Of a stretch of DNA of 14,769 nt, positions 7,439 through 13,697 are shown in pieces. Position 1 is the first letter of the stretch, and every line of letters begins with the position of its first letter. The translations under genes and the position numbers were made by a program. Source of the DNA: Escherichia coli (lineage in GTDB: Bacteria; Pseudomonadota; Gammaproteobacteria; Enterobacterales; Enterobacteriaceae). Below the pieces are notes generated by a model. It was given only the letters and a program-made list of their open reading frames with translations. It did not search any database and was not told where the DNA came from. Location: the NCBI GenBank assembly GCA_005397905.1, contig GCA_005397905.1_4318.1; one strand, given 5' to 3'.

Positions 7439-7771
7439 ACTAAATAACTCGTCGTCCGTCATTGTTCCTATATTCATCATCTCTTTTATGTACTTGCTTT
7501 CATACCCGTTAAGCGCCTCGAAGTTAAAACCGAATGGCCTCTTCAAACTCCCCTTGCTAACAAATTCACCGCACTTACCATCAATGTATCCCATGCTAAG
7601 CATCTTCGCGCAGAACTCCTTTGAAGCGGCGCTGCAAAACTCTCTATGCGATAAACCCGCTGCTTTGCTGAATCGCTGAGAGTCCTTATGTTGGTAGATG
7701 AATCGCGCCAAATGCTGGCGCGTAAAATAGCTATAGGATTCGCAGAATCGGTACAAGTCTAAAATAAACAT
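7436..7771 (-). CDS. hypothetical protein (111 aa)
   Basis: ATG 3 nt after the stop of the 527-aa gene (translational coupling); ends at the bidirectional terminator. Confidence 0.5.
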   Translation of the reverse strand: MFILDLYRFCESYSYFTRQHLARFIYQHKDSQRFSKAAGLSHREFCSAASKEFCAKMLSMGYIDGKCGEFVSKGSLKRPFGFNFEALNGYESKYIKEMMNIGTMTDDELFS

Positions 7772-7774
7772 TAA

Positions 7775-9358
7775 TTACCCCAGCAGTCGCGGATTAATGT
7801 AAACCTTATCACCAATCAGGCAGGTGTAGTTTTTCTCATCAAGCATCGGAAGTAAATGGTCTTTAATCTTAGCCATTACGCCAGCCTGACCCTCAAACGG
7901 CCTAACCTTGCGTGCTGATTCATATAGTGAACGAAGTCCTACAACGCCCTTACTGTTCTTTCCTTGCTTAATCAATATGTCAATTAACTTGTTCATCTCT
8001 GCATTATCGCCAGCGTGACCAGCCGAACTAGCAGCAGAAAGGTAAGTTTTACTTTGTTCGTAAAACATGATAATTGCCTCTTGCATTGTCTCTAGGTCAA
8101 TTTGCCTTGACTTCAATGGCCGCTCATTATTCTTGCATGACCAGTTTCTTATTGTATGAAGAATTGCCGCCATTCGAATAACTTGCTTATCCATCTTGCC
8201 AAGAGCGCCACGCAGCATAGAGTGAGAGTATTTACCTCCATCCGCAAGGTGCGGCTCCATATCCTGGCGTGCTAGATTAAGATATCGCATAGCTGATTCT
8301 GAAATAGATAAATTAACTTGTGTTTCGTTCATAATGTTGTGAATCATTCTAAAGTAATCAGCTTTCAATTCGCCATCAACCGGTTCGTATGTCGACTCAC
8401 CTTTTTCATTAATAAAAACGCGATTTCCAATCATGGGGCGCTCCCTAACCAGCCAGAATCGCTCAGATACACCTATACCACGAGCACCAGCCTCCATAAT
8501 TGCATTGATTGTTTCATCCTGAGCTATTACAGCTATTGCGCCAAGCGCGGTAAACATCAAGTTGTTGTCAGCATTGGCGCGAGATATTGATATATTTCCA
8601 GAATCCCACGCCTTAAGAACTAACTCACTGTTTGTTTTCTTGCTGCCATCTCCGTAGGTCATCCCAAGCAATGAGTTAATTGCCGTTGCTTCGTCTGATA
8701 TTACCGCAAAGTTACCCTGTCGACTGTTTATTCGAGCCAGACCTTCAGGTGTTGTATCAGATACCGGAAAGACAATATCACACAGCTTTTCTAACTTCTC
8801 TTCTAAATCCTCTTTCTCCTCAAACAATGACGCCATTTCGGATGGCGACTTCTCCTGCTTCATCTCTTTCGCCAGCGCTGATAGCTTGGCCATAATCTTT
8901 TTTCTTTCACGCTTTCGCTGGTCATTGATTCGCTCAACCTCGGCTACCATTGGAGCTATTGCGAGTGAGTTAATGGCTGACTTACCAGTCGATGGTGGCT
9001 GGCTGGTTACTACGTACAGTGAGGTTGGTTGCTGCGTTCCGTGATACTCAACAGTAAAACGCCCTAGCATGGCAGCGGAAATACACCCCAGGAAATGCAT
9101 GTATGCGGAAGACTCTGGGAACTGAACAGATCGAGCGATATTGGATGAGAGTTTGCCAACAACATCAATATCATTTCCGAGTGAGATTACGGGATACTTG
9201 TCATTTGCAGCATCAATCTCCACTGGTGCTTTCCAGAATGATTGAGACTGGCGATAGCCATTTGCATTAATGGCGACTCGCAGTGGTGGGAGGTTGTCTG
9301 CGGCAGCAATTGCCATAACCTGTTCAACAGATAGTTTATCTTCGTTGAAATCAAACAT
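7775..9358 (-). CDS. P-loop NTPase of unknown function (527 aa), RecA/DnaB-like Walker A
   Basis: Walker A-like VVTSQPPSTGKSAI (about residues 115-128), Walker B-like FAVISDE (about 217-223), a highly charged predicted helix between them; GGAGAG RBS. N-terminal 43 aa and C-terminal 55 aa are homologous to the 181-aa ORF at 12482-13027. Confidence 0.8.
   Translation of the reverse strand: MFDFNEDKLSVEQVMAIAAADNLPPLRVAINANGYRQSQSFWKAPVEIDAANDKYPVISLGNDIDVVGKLSSNIARSVQFPESSAYMHFLGCISAAMLGRFTVEYHGTQQPTSLYVVTSQPPSTGKSAINSLAIAPMVAEVERINDQRKRERKKIMAKLSALAKEMKQEKSPSEMASLFEEKEDLEEKLEKLCDIVFPVSDTTPEGLARINSRQGNFAVISDEATAINSLLGMTYGDGSKKTNSELVLKAWDSGNISISRANADNNLMFTALGAIAVIAQDETINAIMEAGARGIGVSERFWLVRERPMIGNRVFINEKGESTYEPVDGELKADYFRMIHNIMNETQVNLSISESAMRYLNLARQDMEPHLADGGKYSHSMLRGALGKMDKQVIRMAAILHTIRNWSCKNNERPLKSRQIDLETMQEAIIMFYEQSKTYLSAASSAGHAGDNAEMNKLIDILIKQGKNSKGVVGLRSLYESARKVRPFEGQAGVMAKIKDHLLPMLDEKNYTCLIGDKVYINPRLLG
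9233..9262. repeat. 30-nt perfect inverted repeat, copy A (inside the NTPase gene)
   Basis: rc of 9233-9262 = AATGGCTATCGCCAGTCTCAATCATTCTGG, identical to 12584-12613, while flanking synonymous sites have diverged. Confidence 0.9.
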
Positions 9359-9388
9359 TACTTCTCTCCGTATTGTTTTTGAGAGGCC

Positions 9389-9431
9389 ATTATATCAACG
9401 GCCTCTTATAAAGCATTATCAATTTGTGCTA
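9389..9431 (-). promoter_or_regulatory. TAGCAC-type promoter-like element
   Basis: Minus strand reads TAGCAC-AAA-TTGATA, 22 bp, TATAAT (plus 9431-9389); the -10 lies in the loop of dyad AGAGGCC / GGCCTCT (9382-9388 / 9400-9406). Confidence 0.55.
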
Positions 9432-9544
9432 TTAATTACTCTTAATCCACTTTATGCACATCCATGCTCCGGAAACATAGAGCGCTAGCTTTGCTAACTC
9501 AGCCGCTAAGTGTATAAATAAAGCAAAATCAGAAATAAGCTCAG

Positions 9545-9784
9545 TCATTTTTTAATCTCCATCTCCATAATTTCATAACTTATGTAATTATTTATCATTC
9601 CAATAAGTGATTTTGGGTATGTTTGCATATGATTCTTGGCTGAATCTTCATCAAGATGCGCTGATATGTTGTGAAAATTGTATTCATAATCCATGCCCAT
9701 TAGTATGTATATCTTATCGTGCGCCTTAATGAGGTTATTTGATTTTATTTCCCCAAGCGACCATCCTTTTCCTTTTCTAATCAT
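9545..9784 (-). CDS. hypothetical protein (79 aa)
   Basis: ATG overlaps the stop of the upstream minus-strand gene (ATGA). Confidence 0.5.
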   Translation of the reverse strand: MIRKGKGWSLGEIKSNNLIKAHDKIYILMGMDYEYNFHNISAHLDEDSAKNHMQTYPKSLIGMINNYISYEIMEMEIKK

Positions 9785-10134
9785 TTGTATTGAGCCTCAA
9801 AGCGATAGTCTCCGCAAACTGTAACAAATCCAACATCTTCGTCACGATATAGCTGCCATGCGCTTCCCTCTTTATCGTAAATGTATCCAGCACGCTGCCC
9901 AAGTCCAGCATGGAGATCTACTTGATATCGCTTCCCTTCGGTGAAGTATTTACGAATGGATGAGCGATGATTAACCTTTGTGCAGTAAATTGTCTTGGTC
10001 TTAATATACTTGCCGCGCTCTTCAAGGTTAATCCATTTCCCATCTTTCTTGATTTGTTCTACACCATCTTTAACGCGAGCTTTGTATAGTACGTTTTCGT
10101 TGCTAATCCAGTTTTTGGTAATCGTAGTAGTCAT
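9781..10134 (-). CDS. hypothetical protein (117 aa)
   Basis: Start chosen at the ATG giving MTTTITKNW... (plus 10134) because the track start 10179 lies inside the promoter -10; conserved leader CATCGAAACGAAACAACGAAGGG precedes it. Confidence 0.55.
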   Translation of the reverse strand: MTTTITKNWISNENVLYKARVKDGVEQIKKDGKWINLEERGKYIKTKTIYCTKVNHRSSIRKYFTEGKRYQVDLHAGLGQRAGYIYDKEGSAWQLYRDEDVGFVTVCGDYRFEAQYK

Positions 10135-10170
10135 TTCTTTTACCCTTCGTTGTTTCGTTTCGATGAGTTT

Positions 10171-10213
10171 AATATACATGAAAAGCCACGAAGGGTTTTA
10201 GCAATTAGTGCTA
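10171..10213 (-). promoter_or_regulatory. TAGCAC-type promoter-like element
   Basis: Minus strand TAGCAC-TAA-TTGCTA (plus 10213-10199), 22 bp, TATATT (plus 10176-10171). Confidence 0.55.
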
Positions 10214-10362
10214 TTTCGTGCTTTTTCTATGGCCTTGAGCATAATCTCATGACTCTCAAGCAAGTCATCGCGGAACCAATCACCGCAAGGCCAGCCTTTT
10301 CCGCTGTAGGTGCTGATTACCTCAAGATCGAAATAATTTATCTCAGATGGTAGAAGCATCAT
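10198..10362 (-). CDS. hypothetical small protein (54 aa)
   Basis: Minus-strand ATG at 10362 overlapping the upstream stop (ATGA), GAGGTG RBS; MMLLPSEINYFDLEVISTYSGKGWPCGDWFRDDLLESHEIMLKAIEKARNSTNC; ends in the same ...NSTNC-stop inside the TAGCAC element as the kinase gene. Confidence 0.45.
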   Translation of the reverse strand: MMLLPSEINYFDLEVISTYSGKGWPCGDWFRDDLLESHEIMLKAIEKARNSTNC

Positions 10363-10598
10363 TTCACCTCGTCAAAAGTTGCAATCCCAGGGATAAACAT
10401 TCCAACCTTCCAGCCTGCAATGGCAATCCATCCAGAATCGTGCTTATGCGGTCGCTCAGCGCCATTAATCAACCATTCGTTCGGGATTGTCTTGCCGTTA
10501 ATGATTAGCGGCTCAGCGTCGTATACAGAGCCTTTTACGAATGGTGTTAAAACTTTCTTGTCGGTGCTCGCAATAACGTTGGTGCAGCGAATTTTCAT
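10359..10598 (-). CDS. hypothetical protein (79 aa)
   Basis: ATG with GAGGA RBS; same strand as the flanking small genes. Confidence 0.5.
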   Translation of the reverse strand: MKIRCTNVIASTDKKVLTPFVKGSVYDAEPLIINGKTIPNEWLINGAERPHKHDSGWIAIAGWKVGMFIPGIATFDEVK

Positions 10599-10608
10599 AT
10601 CTCAATCC

Positions 10609-10788
10609 TCAAATAAATGGTAAACATTCATTACAGCCAAGTCCATCACAGCACATGAATTCATCATCTGACTGGAATTGCTTAGCCAAATCAATGTCCA
10701 ACTTTCCGCGCACCACAAGGTCGGTGTAATCTTCGTTCAGCCCAATCAGTGAGCATTCGTGGAGTAACTCATCTTTATCAATCTTCAT
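10609..10788 (-). CDS. hypothetical small Cys-rich protein (59 aa)
   Basis: Second in-frame ATG (MKIDKD...) preferred over track start 10794 on AAGGGG spacing; C-terminal CCDGLGCNEC cluster suggests metal binding. Confidence 0.45.
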   Translation of the reverse strand: MKIDKDELLHECSLIGLNEDYTDLVVRGKLDIDLAKQFQSDDEFMCCDGLGCNECLPFI

Positions 10789-10816
10789 ATCCATCCCCTT
10801 GTTGTTAGTGAGTTAA

Positions 10817-10859
10817 CTGTAGCCTCGCCAGCAACAGATGTCTTTAGCAAAAAGTGCTA
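10817..10859 (-). promoter_or_regulatory. TAGCAC-type promoter-like element (weak -10)
   Basis: Minus strand TAGCAC-TTT-TTGCTA (plus 10859-10845); the -10 at the expected distance is only TACAGT/CTACAG-like. Confidence 0.4.
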
Positions 10860-10861
10860 CT

Positions 10862-11053
10862 TCAGAAATTGATGTTCTCGACAACATGAACCATCTGATA
10901 ACCAAGGCGATAACTGTCACCGAGGATTAATCGACCCATAAACTGATCGTTTGTGAAGCTCTCCTTACCCATAGTGCGAAGCGTTCCGTTATGGATGATG
11001 GTGTCACCAATCTTTACGTCATTCTTATGCGTCAAAACAATATTATTGCTCAT
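10862..11053 (-). CDS. hypothetical protein (63 aa)
   Basis: ATG (MSNNIV...) with GAGGTG 6 nt upstream; the track start 11062 is GTG. Stop TGA lies 2 nt before a TAGCAC element. Confidence 0.5.
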   Translation of the reverse strand: MSNNIVLTHKNDVKIGDTIIHNGTLRTMGKESFTNDQFMGRLILGDSYRLGYQMVHVVENINF

Positions 11054-11067
11054 TATCAACACCTCTA

Positions 11068-11250
11068 TTACATGTGTTTCAGGTAGAAAGCGATTTCTTT
11101 AATGTTGTCTTCTGGATGAGCCTTCACGACTACCGCTAACATCTTCTCAACCAGAGTCTTGCTGCTCTCAGGGTTATAACCTTCCTGAACCAGTAGGGCG
11201 ATAGTGTTTTCGACGGTGACTGGTGAGTTTTTGTTGATGCGCTTAGCCAT
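11068..11250 (-). CDS. hypothetical protein (60 aa)
   Basis: First gene of the leftward operon; AAGGA RBS; leader CATCGAAACGACACGCACTAAAGGAAACC. Confidence 0.5.
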   Translation of the reverse strand: MAKRINKNSPVTVENTIALLVQEGYNPESSKTLVEKMLAVVVKAHPEDNIKEIAFYLKHM

Positions 11251-11287
11251 GATGGTTTCCTTTAGTGCGTGTCGTTTCGATGAGGTA

Positions 11288-11331
11288 ATAATAGCAAATC
11301 ACAGTCTTTTGATTATTAGCAAAAAGTGCTA
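11288..11331 (-). promoter_or_regulatory. TAGCAC-type promoter-like element
   Basis: Minus strand TAGCAC-TTT-TTGCTA (plus 11331-11317), 23 bp, TATTAT (plus 11293-11288). Confidence 0.5.
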
Positions 11332-11357
11332 TTCGTTAGATTTATGTATTGTTGCAG

Positions 11358-11418
11358 ATATTGCAATGATTCACATGACTATTGCACATATAGCAATATT
11401 GCTTCCGATGCAATGATG
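11358..11418. promoter_or_regulatory. cluster of ATTGCAAT-type palindromic operator-like sites
   Basis: ATATTGCAATGAT (11358-11370), ATTGCACATATAGCAAT (11381-11397) and GATGCAATGATG (11407-11418) share TTGCA / TGCAAT half-sites. Confidence 0.35.
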
Positions 11419-11419
11419 T

Positions 11420-11502
11420 TTTTGATTGTTGCGAAAAGTGAAATGAAGTGGTGATTGAGTGAATGAAGGATTGATGGACTACCATACAAGTTGATTTTGA
11501 TT
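11420..11502. repeat. direct-repeat array with GATTG core (five copies) plus TGAA(A)TGAAG repeats
   Basis: TTGATT/GATTGA at 11422, 11453, 11469, 11491 and 11497; TGAAATGAAG (11439-11448) and TGAATGAAGG (11460-11469). Confidence 0.4.
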
Positions 11503-11645
11503 CTGGCTGAGCCATTTTGAGCATACGCGTTATAAAAGTTATGCCGTGTGGATGCGCCAGCTCCCCGCGGGAATCATGTACGCCTATCACGCTAAATTAC
11601 GCAATGGTTACATAATAATATCTATATATATCAACCATTTAGTAA

Positions 11646-11666
11646 TATTATTATTATTATTATTAT
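11646..11666. repeat. (TAT)7 trinucleotide microsatellite in an AT-rich tract
   Basis: Seven uninterrupted TAT units at 11646-11666, flanked by (TA)n and further AT-rich sequence. Confidence 0.8.
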
Positions 11667-11726
11667 ATACGTGTATATAATGTAGATAGTGGATATTGGA
11701 TATTGCGATAGTTTTCTATGATTTTT

Positions 11727-11762
11727 TCCTACACTTGTAGGAATGGTACTACACTGTAGGAA
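11727..11762. promoter_or_regulatory. two adjacent palindromic operator-like sites sharing a TGTAGGA half-site
   Basis: TCCTACA-CT-TGTAGGA (11727-11742) and CTACA-C-TGTAGG (11749-11760), centres about 21 bp apart. Confidence 0.4.
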
Positions 11763-11891
11763 TAAATAGGCATATATGGGCCAATCCACCATAAAAACTG
11801 ATGTACAAGCTGTACACGGTTTTACATTGAGCTATATCTGGGGTTGTGAGCTGAAAAGCGTAAATAAATTGAATTAAACCATGAATAACAC

Positions 11892-11920
11892 TTGATAACA
11901 TGTAACCGCGATGATATTAT
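11892..11920 (+). promoter_or_regulatory. canonical sigma70 promoter with extended -10 (TTGATA-17-TGaTATTAT)
   Basis: -35 TTGATA 11892-11897, 17-bp spacer, TG at 11912-11913, -10 TATTAT 11915-11920; about 40 nt upstream of the ATG at 11961 (CAGGAG RBS). Confidence 0.65.
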
Positions 11921-11960
11921 GCACCCATCTTAACGAAGGAAACCAATCAGGAGTATATCT

Positions 11961-12482
11961 ATGTCAAATCGCATTCAACCAGTAAGCCTTGGTGATGTTA
12001 TCCGCTACATGGCTAAGCAGGCGCTTAAGGCCGACAATCGGACTTTCCATGTTCCAATCCACCTGATAGCTCGCCAGGTTTACGGGCTAACGTCTGATGA
12101 TATTGGTCGAATCAGCGCTGAGGATCTCGAGAGTGGCGGCAAATACAGTTTGGCAAAGTTGAAGGCTTCATATGTCTCTAACACAGTTGCCAGGATGCCA
12201 GAGATTCAGGAGGCGAACGTTCGGGCTAAGCTGTCAATCAAGGACGGAGACTTTGGGGATGATGTTGATGTTCGATGCGCATACATCACCTTGGTCGATG
12301 GGGCAATACAGACAGGAAAGAGAGTGATGGCCAACAACCAGGTAGCCGATAAGGCTGTAAGCGACTTTAAGGCTAGAATCCTCAAGCTGATGCCATCAGT
12401 GACTGAGTTTGAAGGTGATGAGATTACCGGAGCCATCAAAGCAATTAAGATGTACCAGGAAATGATTAAGGAGGCAAAATAA
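11961..12482 (+). CDS. hypothetical protein (173 aa), first gene behind the canonical promoter
   Basis: ATG with CAGGAG RBS; no recognisable motif. Confidence 0.65.
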   Translation: MSNRIQPVSLGDVIRYMAKQALKADNRTFHVPIHLIARQVYGLTSDDIGRISAEDLESGGKYSLAKLKASYVSNTVARMPEIQEANVRAKLSIKDGDFGDDVDVRCAYITLVDGAIQTGKRVMANNQVADKAVSDFKARILKLMPSVTEFEGDEITGAIKAIKMYQEMIKEAK

Positions 12483-13027
12483 TGGGGATGTTTGATTTTA
12501 ACGAAGATAAGCTAACTAATGATGAGATTATGAAGATTGCCATGCGGGATGGACTTCCTCCGCTACGGGTTGCAATCAACGCTAATGGCTATCGCCAGTC
12601 TCAATCATTCTGGTGTAGTGTTGAGGAGTTGCTCAGCGCAAAGCTCAACAGCAAGTCTGGCGTAGTTATGTGTAAGATTCACGGACAGAGCAGGAATGGC
12701 AAGGGGGTTGTCGGAATTCGATCAACATATGAAGCGCTGAGAAAGGTCAAGCCATTCGCCGGACTCAACGGAGTCATGCATGACCTGAAAAATAACATCC
12801 TGCCATCGTTACAGGACGCAGGAATCATCTGCTTAATCGGGGATAAGATTTACGTGCATCCATACATCGTTGGCATGCATGCGATAGAAGTTGAAGAGTG
12901 GTGCGACACCTGGGCTGTTGATGAGCATGCTAGTAGACTACCATACCACTTACGGTACGACGAAGATGAGGTAGAGAAGGCGATTGAGTTCTACCGGAAA
13001 GCTAAATCACTCCTGACCGGTAAATAG
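12482..13027 (+). CDS. hypothetical protein (181 aa), truncated paralog of the 527-aa NTPase lacking the P-loop core
   Basis: MFDFNEDKL...LPPLRVAINANGYRQSQSFW matches the NTPase N-terminus (20 consecutive residues identical); KGVVGIRSTYEALRKVKPF...CLIGDKIYVHP is about 55% identical to the NTPase C-terminus; no Walker motifs. AAGGAGG RBS; stop TAG is part of a TAGCAC element. Confidence 0.75.
   Translation: MGMFDFNEDKLTNDEIMKIAMRDGLPPLRVAINANGYRQSQSFWCSVEELLSAKLNSKSGVVMCKIHGQSRNGKGVVGIRSTYEALRKVKPFAGLNGVMHDLKNNILPSLQDAGIICLIGDKIYVHPYIVGMHAIEVEEWCDTWAVDEHASRLPYHLRYDEDEVEKAIEFYRKAKSLLTGK
12584..12613. repeat. 30-nt perfect inverted repeat, copy B (inside the paralog gene)
   Basis: AATGGCTATCGCCAGTCTCAATCATTCTGG at 12584-12613, in inverted orientation relative to 9233-9262. 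Confidence 0.9.
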
Positions 13028-13067
13028 CACTAATTGCTAAACAATAAATCGGGTAGTCAGCTATGAT
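13025..13067 (+). promoter_or_regulatory. TAGCAC-type promoter-like element
   Basis: TAGCAC 13025-13030 (TAG is the stop of the paralog gene), TTGCTA 13034-13039, 22 bp, TATGAT 13062-13067. Confidence 0.5.
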
Positions 13068-13098
13068 TACCATATCAACCAAACGAGAGGGAAGAAAG

Positions 13099-13203
13099 AT
13101 GATTATTATTAAAGATTTTCATGGCGGCGAGCTGATGATTCAGAAATCATTCCATTTAAAGACAGGTATCAGCCTTATTGAGATTGAGTTCGACTGGGAC
13201 TGA
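13099..13203 (+). CDS. hypothetical small ORF (34 aa), possibly the 5' part of an interrupted gene
   Basis: ATG 13099 with GAGGG RBS and conserved leader; the same frame stays open for 31 more codons after its TGA (to 13299). Confidence 0.3.
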   Translation: MIIIKDFHGGELMIQKSFHLKTGISLIEIEFDWD

Positions 13204-13295
13204 TGTCAGGATGGTCATAGCTACAAGCACCTGAGTTTAGAAAATGCAGTAAAGCTTCGTGACGAGATGTCGAAACTTATTGAGGAATTATCAAA

Positions 13296-13523
13296 ATGAT
13301 TACCATCAACCTGTCAGACAAGCAGGCGGCAGAACTCAAGTCCATGATGAACTCTTTCATGCCAACGCGCTGCGACGGTCAGCGTAATGTGGTAGATGAA
13401 GTTAGAGACCAAATCAACAATCAGCAATTCGACGTTAGTGACTTCGAGTCATCACGTCAATATGAGGCGATGAGTGTCAACGCTGCATACCTGGCTAATT
13501 GGGATAAGGAAACGAAGAAATGA
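13296..13523 (+). CDS. hypothetical protein (75 aa)
   Basis: ATG with GAGGA RBS. Confidence 0.55.
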   Translation: MITINLSDKQAAELKSMMNSFMPTRCDGQRNVVDEVRDQINNQQFDVSDFESSRQYEAMSVNAAYLANWDKETKK

Positions 13524-13657
13524 TTTACATCCACACTTACTACACTGGCAAGTTCAATAGCGTTAAGCACGTTCGGGTTCACGATACCTACGATAGCGCA
13601 AAGGCTCAGTGGTTGGTTCTTGGCGGCGATATTAATTCATATAGAATCGCTGAGTAG
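13520..13657 (+). CDS. hypothetical small protein (45 aa)
   Basis: ATG overlapping the upstream stop (ATGA); MIYIHTYYTGKFNSVKHVRVHDTYDSAKAQWLVLGGDINSYRIAE; stop TAG is the TAG of a TAGCAC element. Confidence 0.4.
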   Translation: MIYIHTYYTGKFNSVKHVRVHDTYDSAKAQWLVLGGDINSYRIAE

Positions 13658-13697
13658 CACGAATTGTTAAAACAGCATTGGGGTAATTTGTTATAAT
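13655..13697 (+). promoter_or_regulatory. TAGCAC-type promoter-like element
   Basis: TAGCAC 13655-13660, TTGTTA 13664-13669, 22 bp, TATAAT 13692-13697 within dyad TGGGGTAAT/ATTGCCCCA; leader CATCGAAACTAACGAGGAAG. Confidence 0.55.

Noticed and set aside
7775-9358. Calling the 527-aa NTPase a terminase large subunit
   Set aside because: Size and a Walker A/B pair are compatible, but there is no neighbouring small terminase or portal gene, it ends a cluster of small non-structural ORFs, and a core-less paralog is not expected for a terminase. Left as NTPase of unknown function.
7488-9488. Track ORFs 7488-7679, 8318-8590, 8680-8895, 9270-9488 (+)
   Set aside because: Antisense to the 111-aa and 527-aa minus-strand genes or lying across the promoter/leader of the NTPase; no RBS.
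9995-10623. Track ORFs 9995-10201, 10150-10353, 10420-10623 (+)
   Set aside because: Antisense to the minus-strand operon. For 10150-10353 the opposite strand holds a better candidate (10198-10362) with an ATGA-coupled start, GAGGTG RBS and the characteristic stop inside a TAGCAC element.
11204-11590. Track ORFs 11204-11416 (+) and 11342-11590 (-) in the control region
   Set aside because: Both run through the repeat and operator arrays, have low-complexity His/Cys/Ser-rich translations, and start at GTG/TTG with no Shine-Dalgarno; treated as non-coding.
12206-12439. Track ORF 12206-12439 (-) antisense to the 173-aa gene
   Set aside because: Embedded antisense with no RBS; the plus-strand gene has promoter and RBS support.
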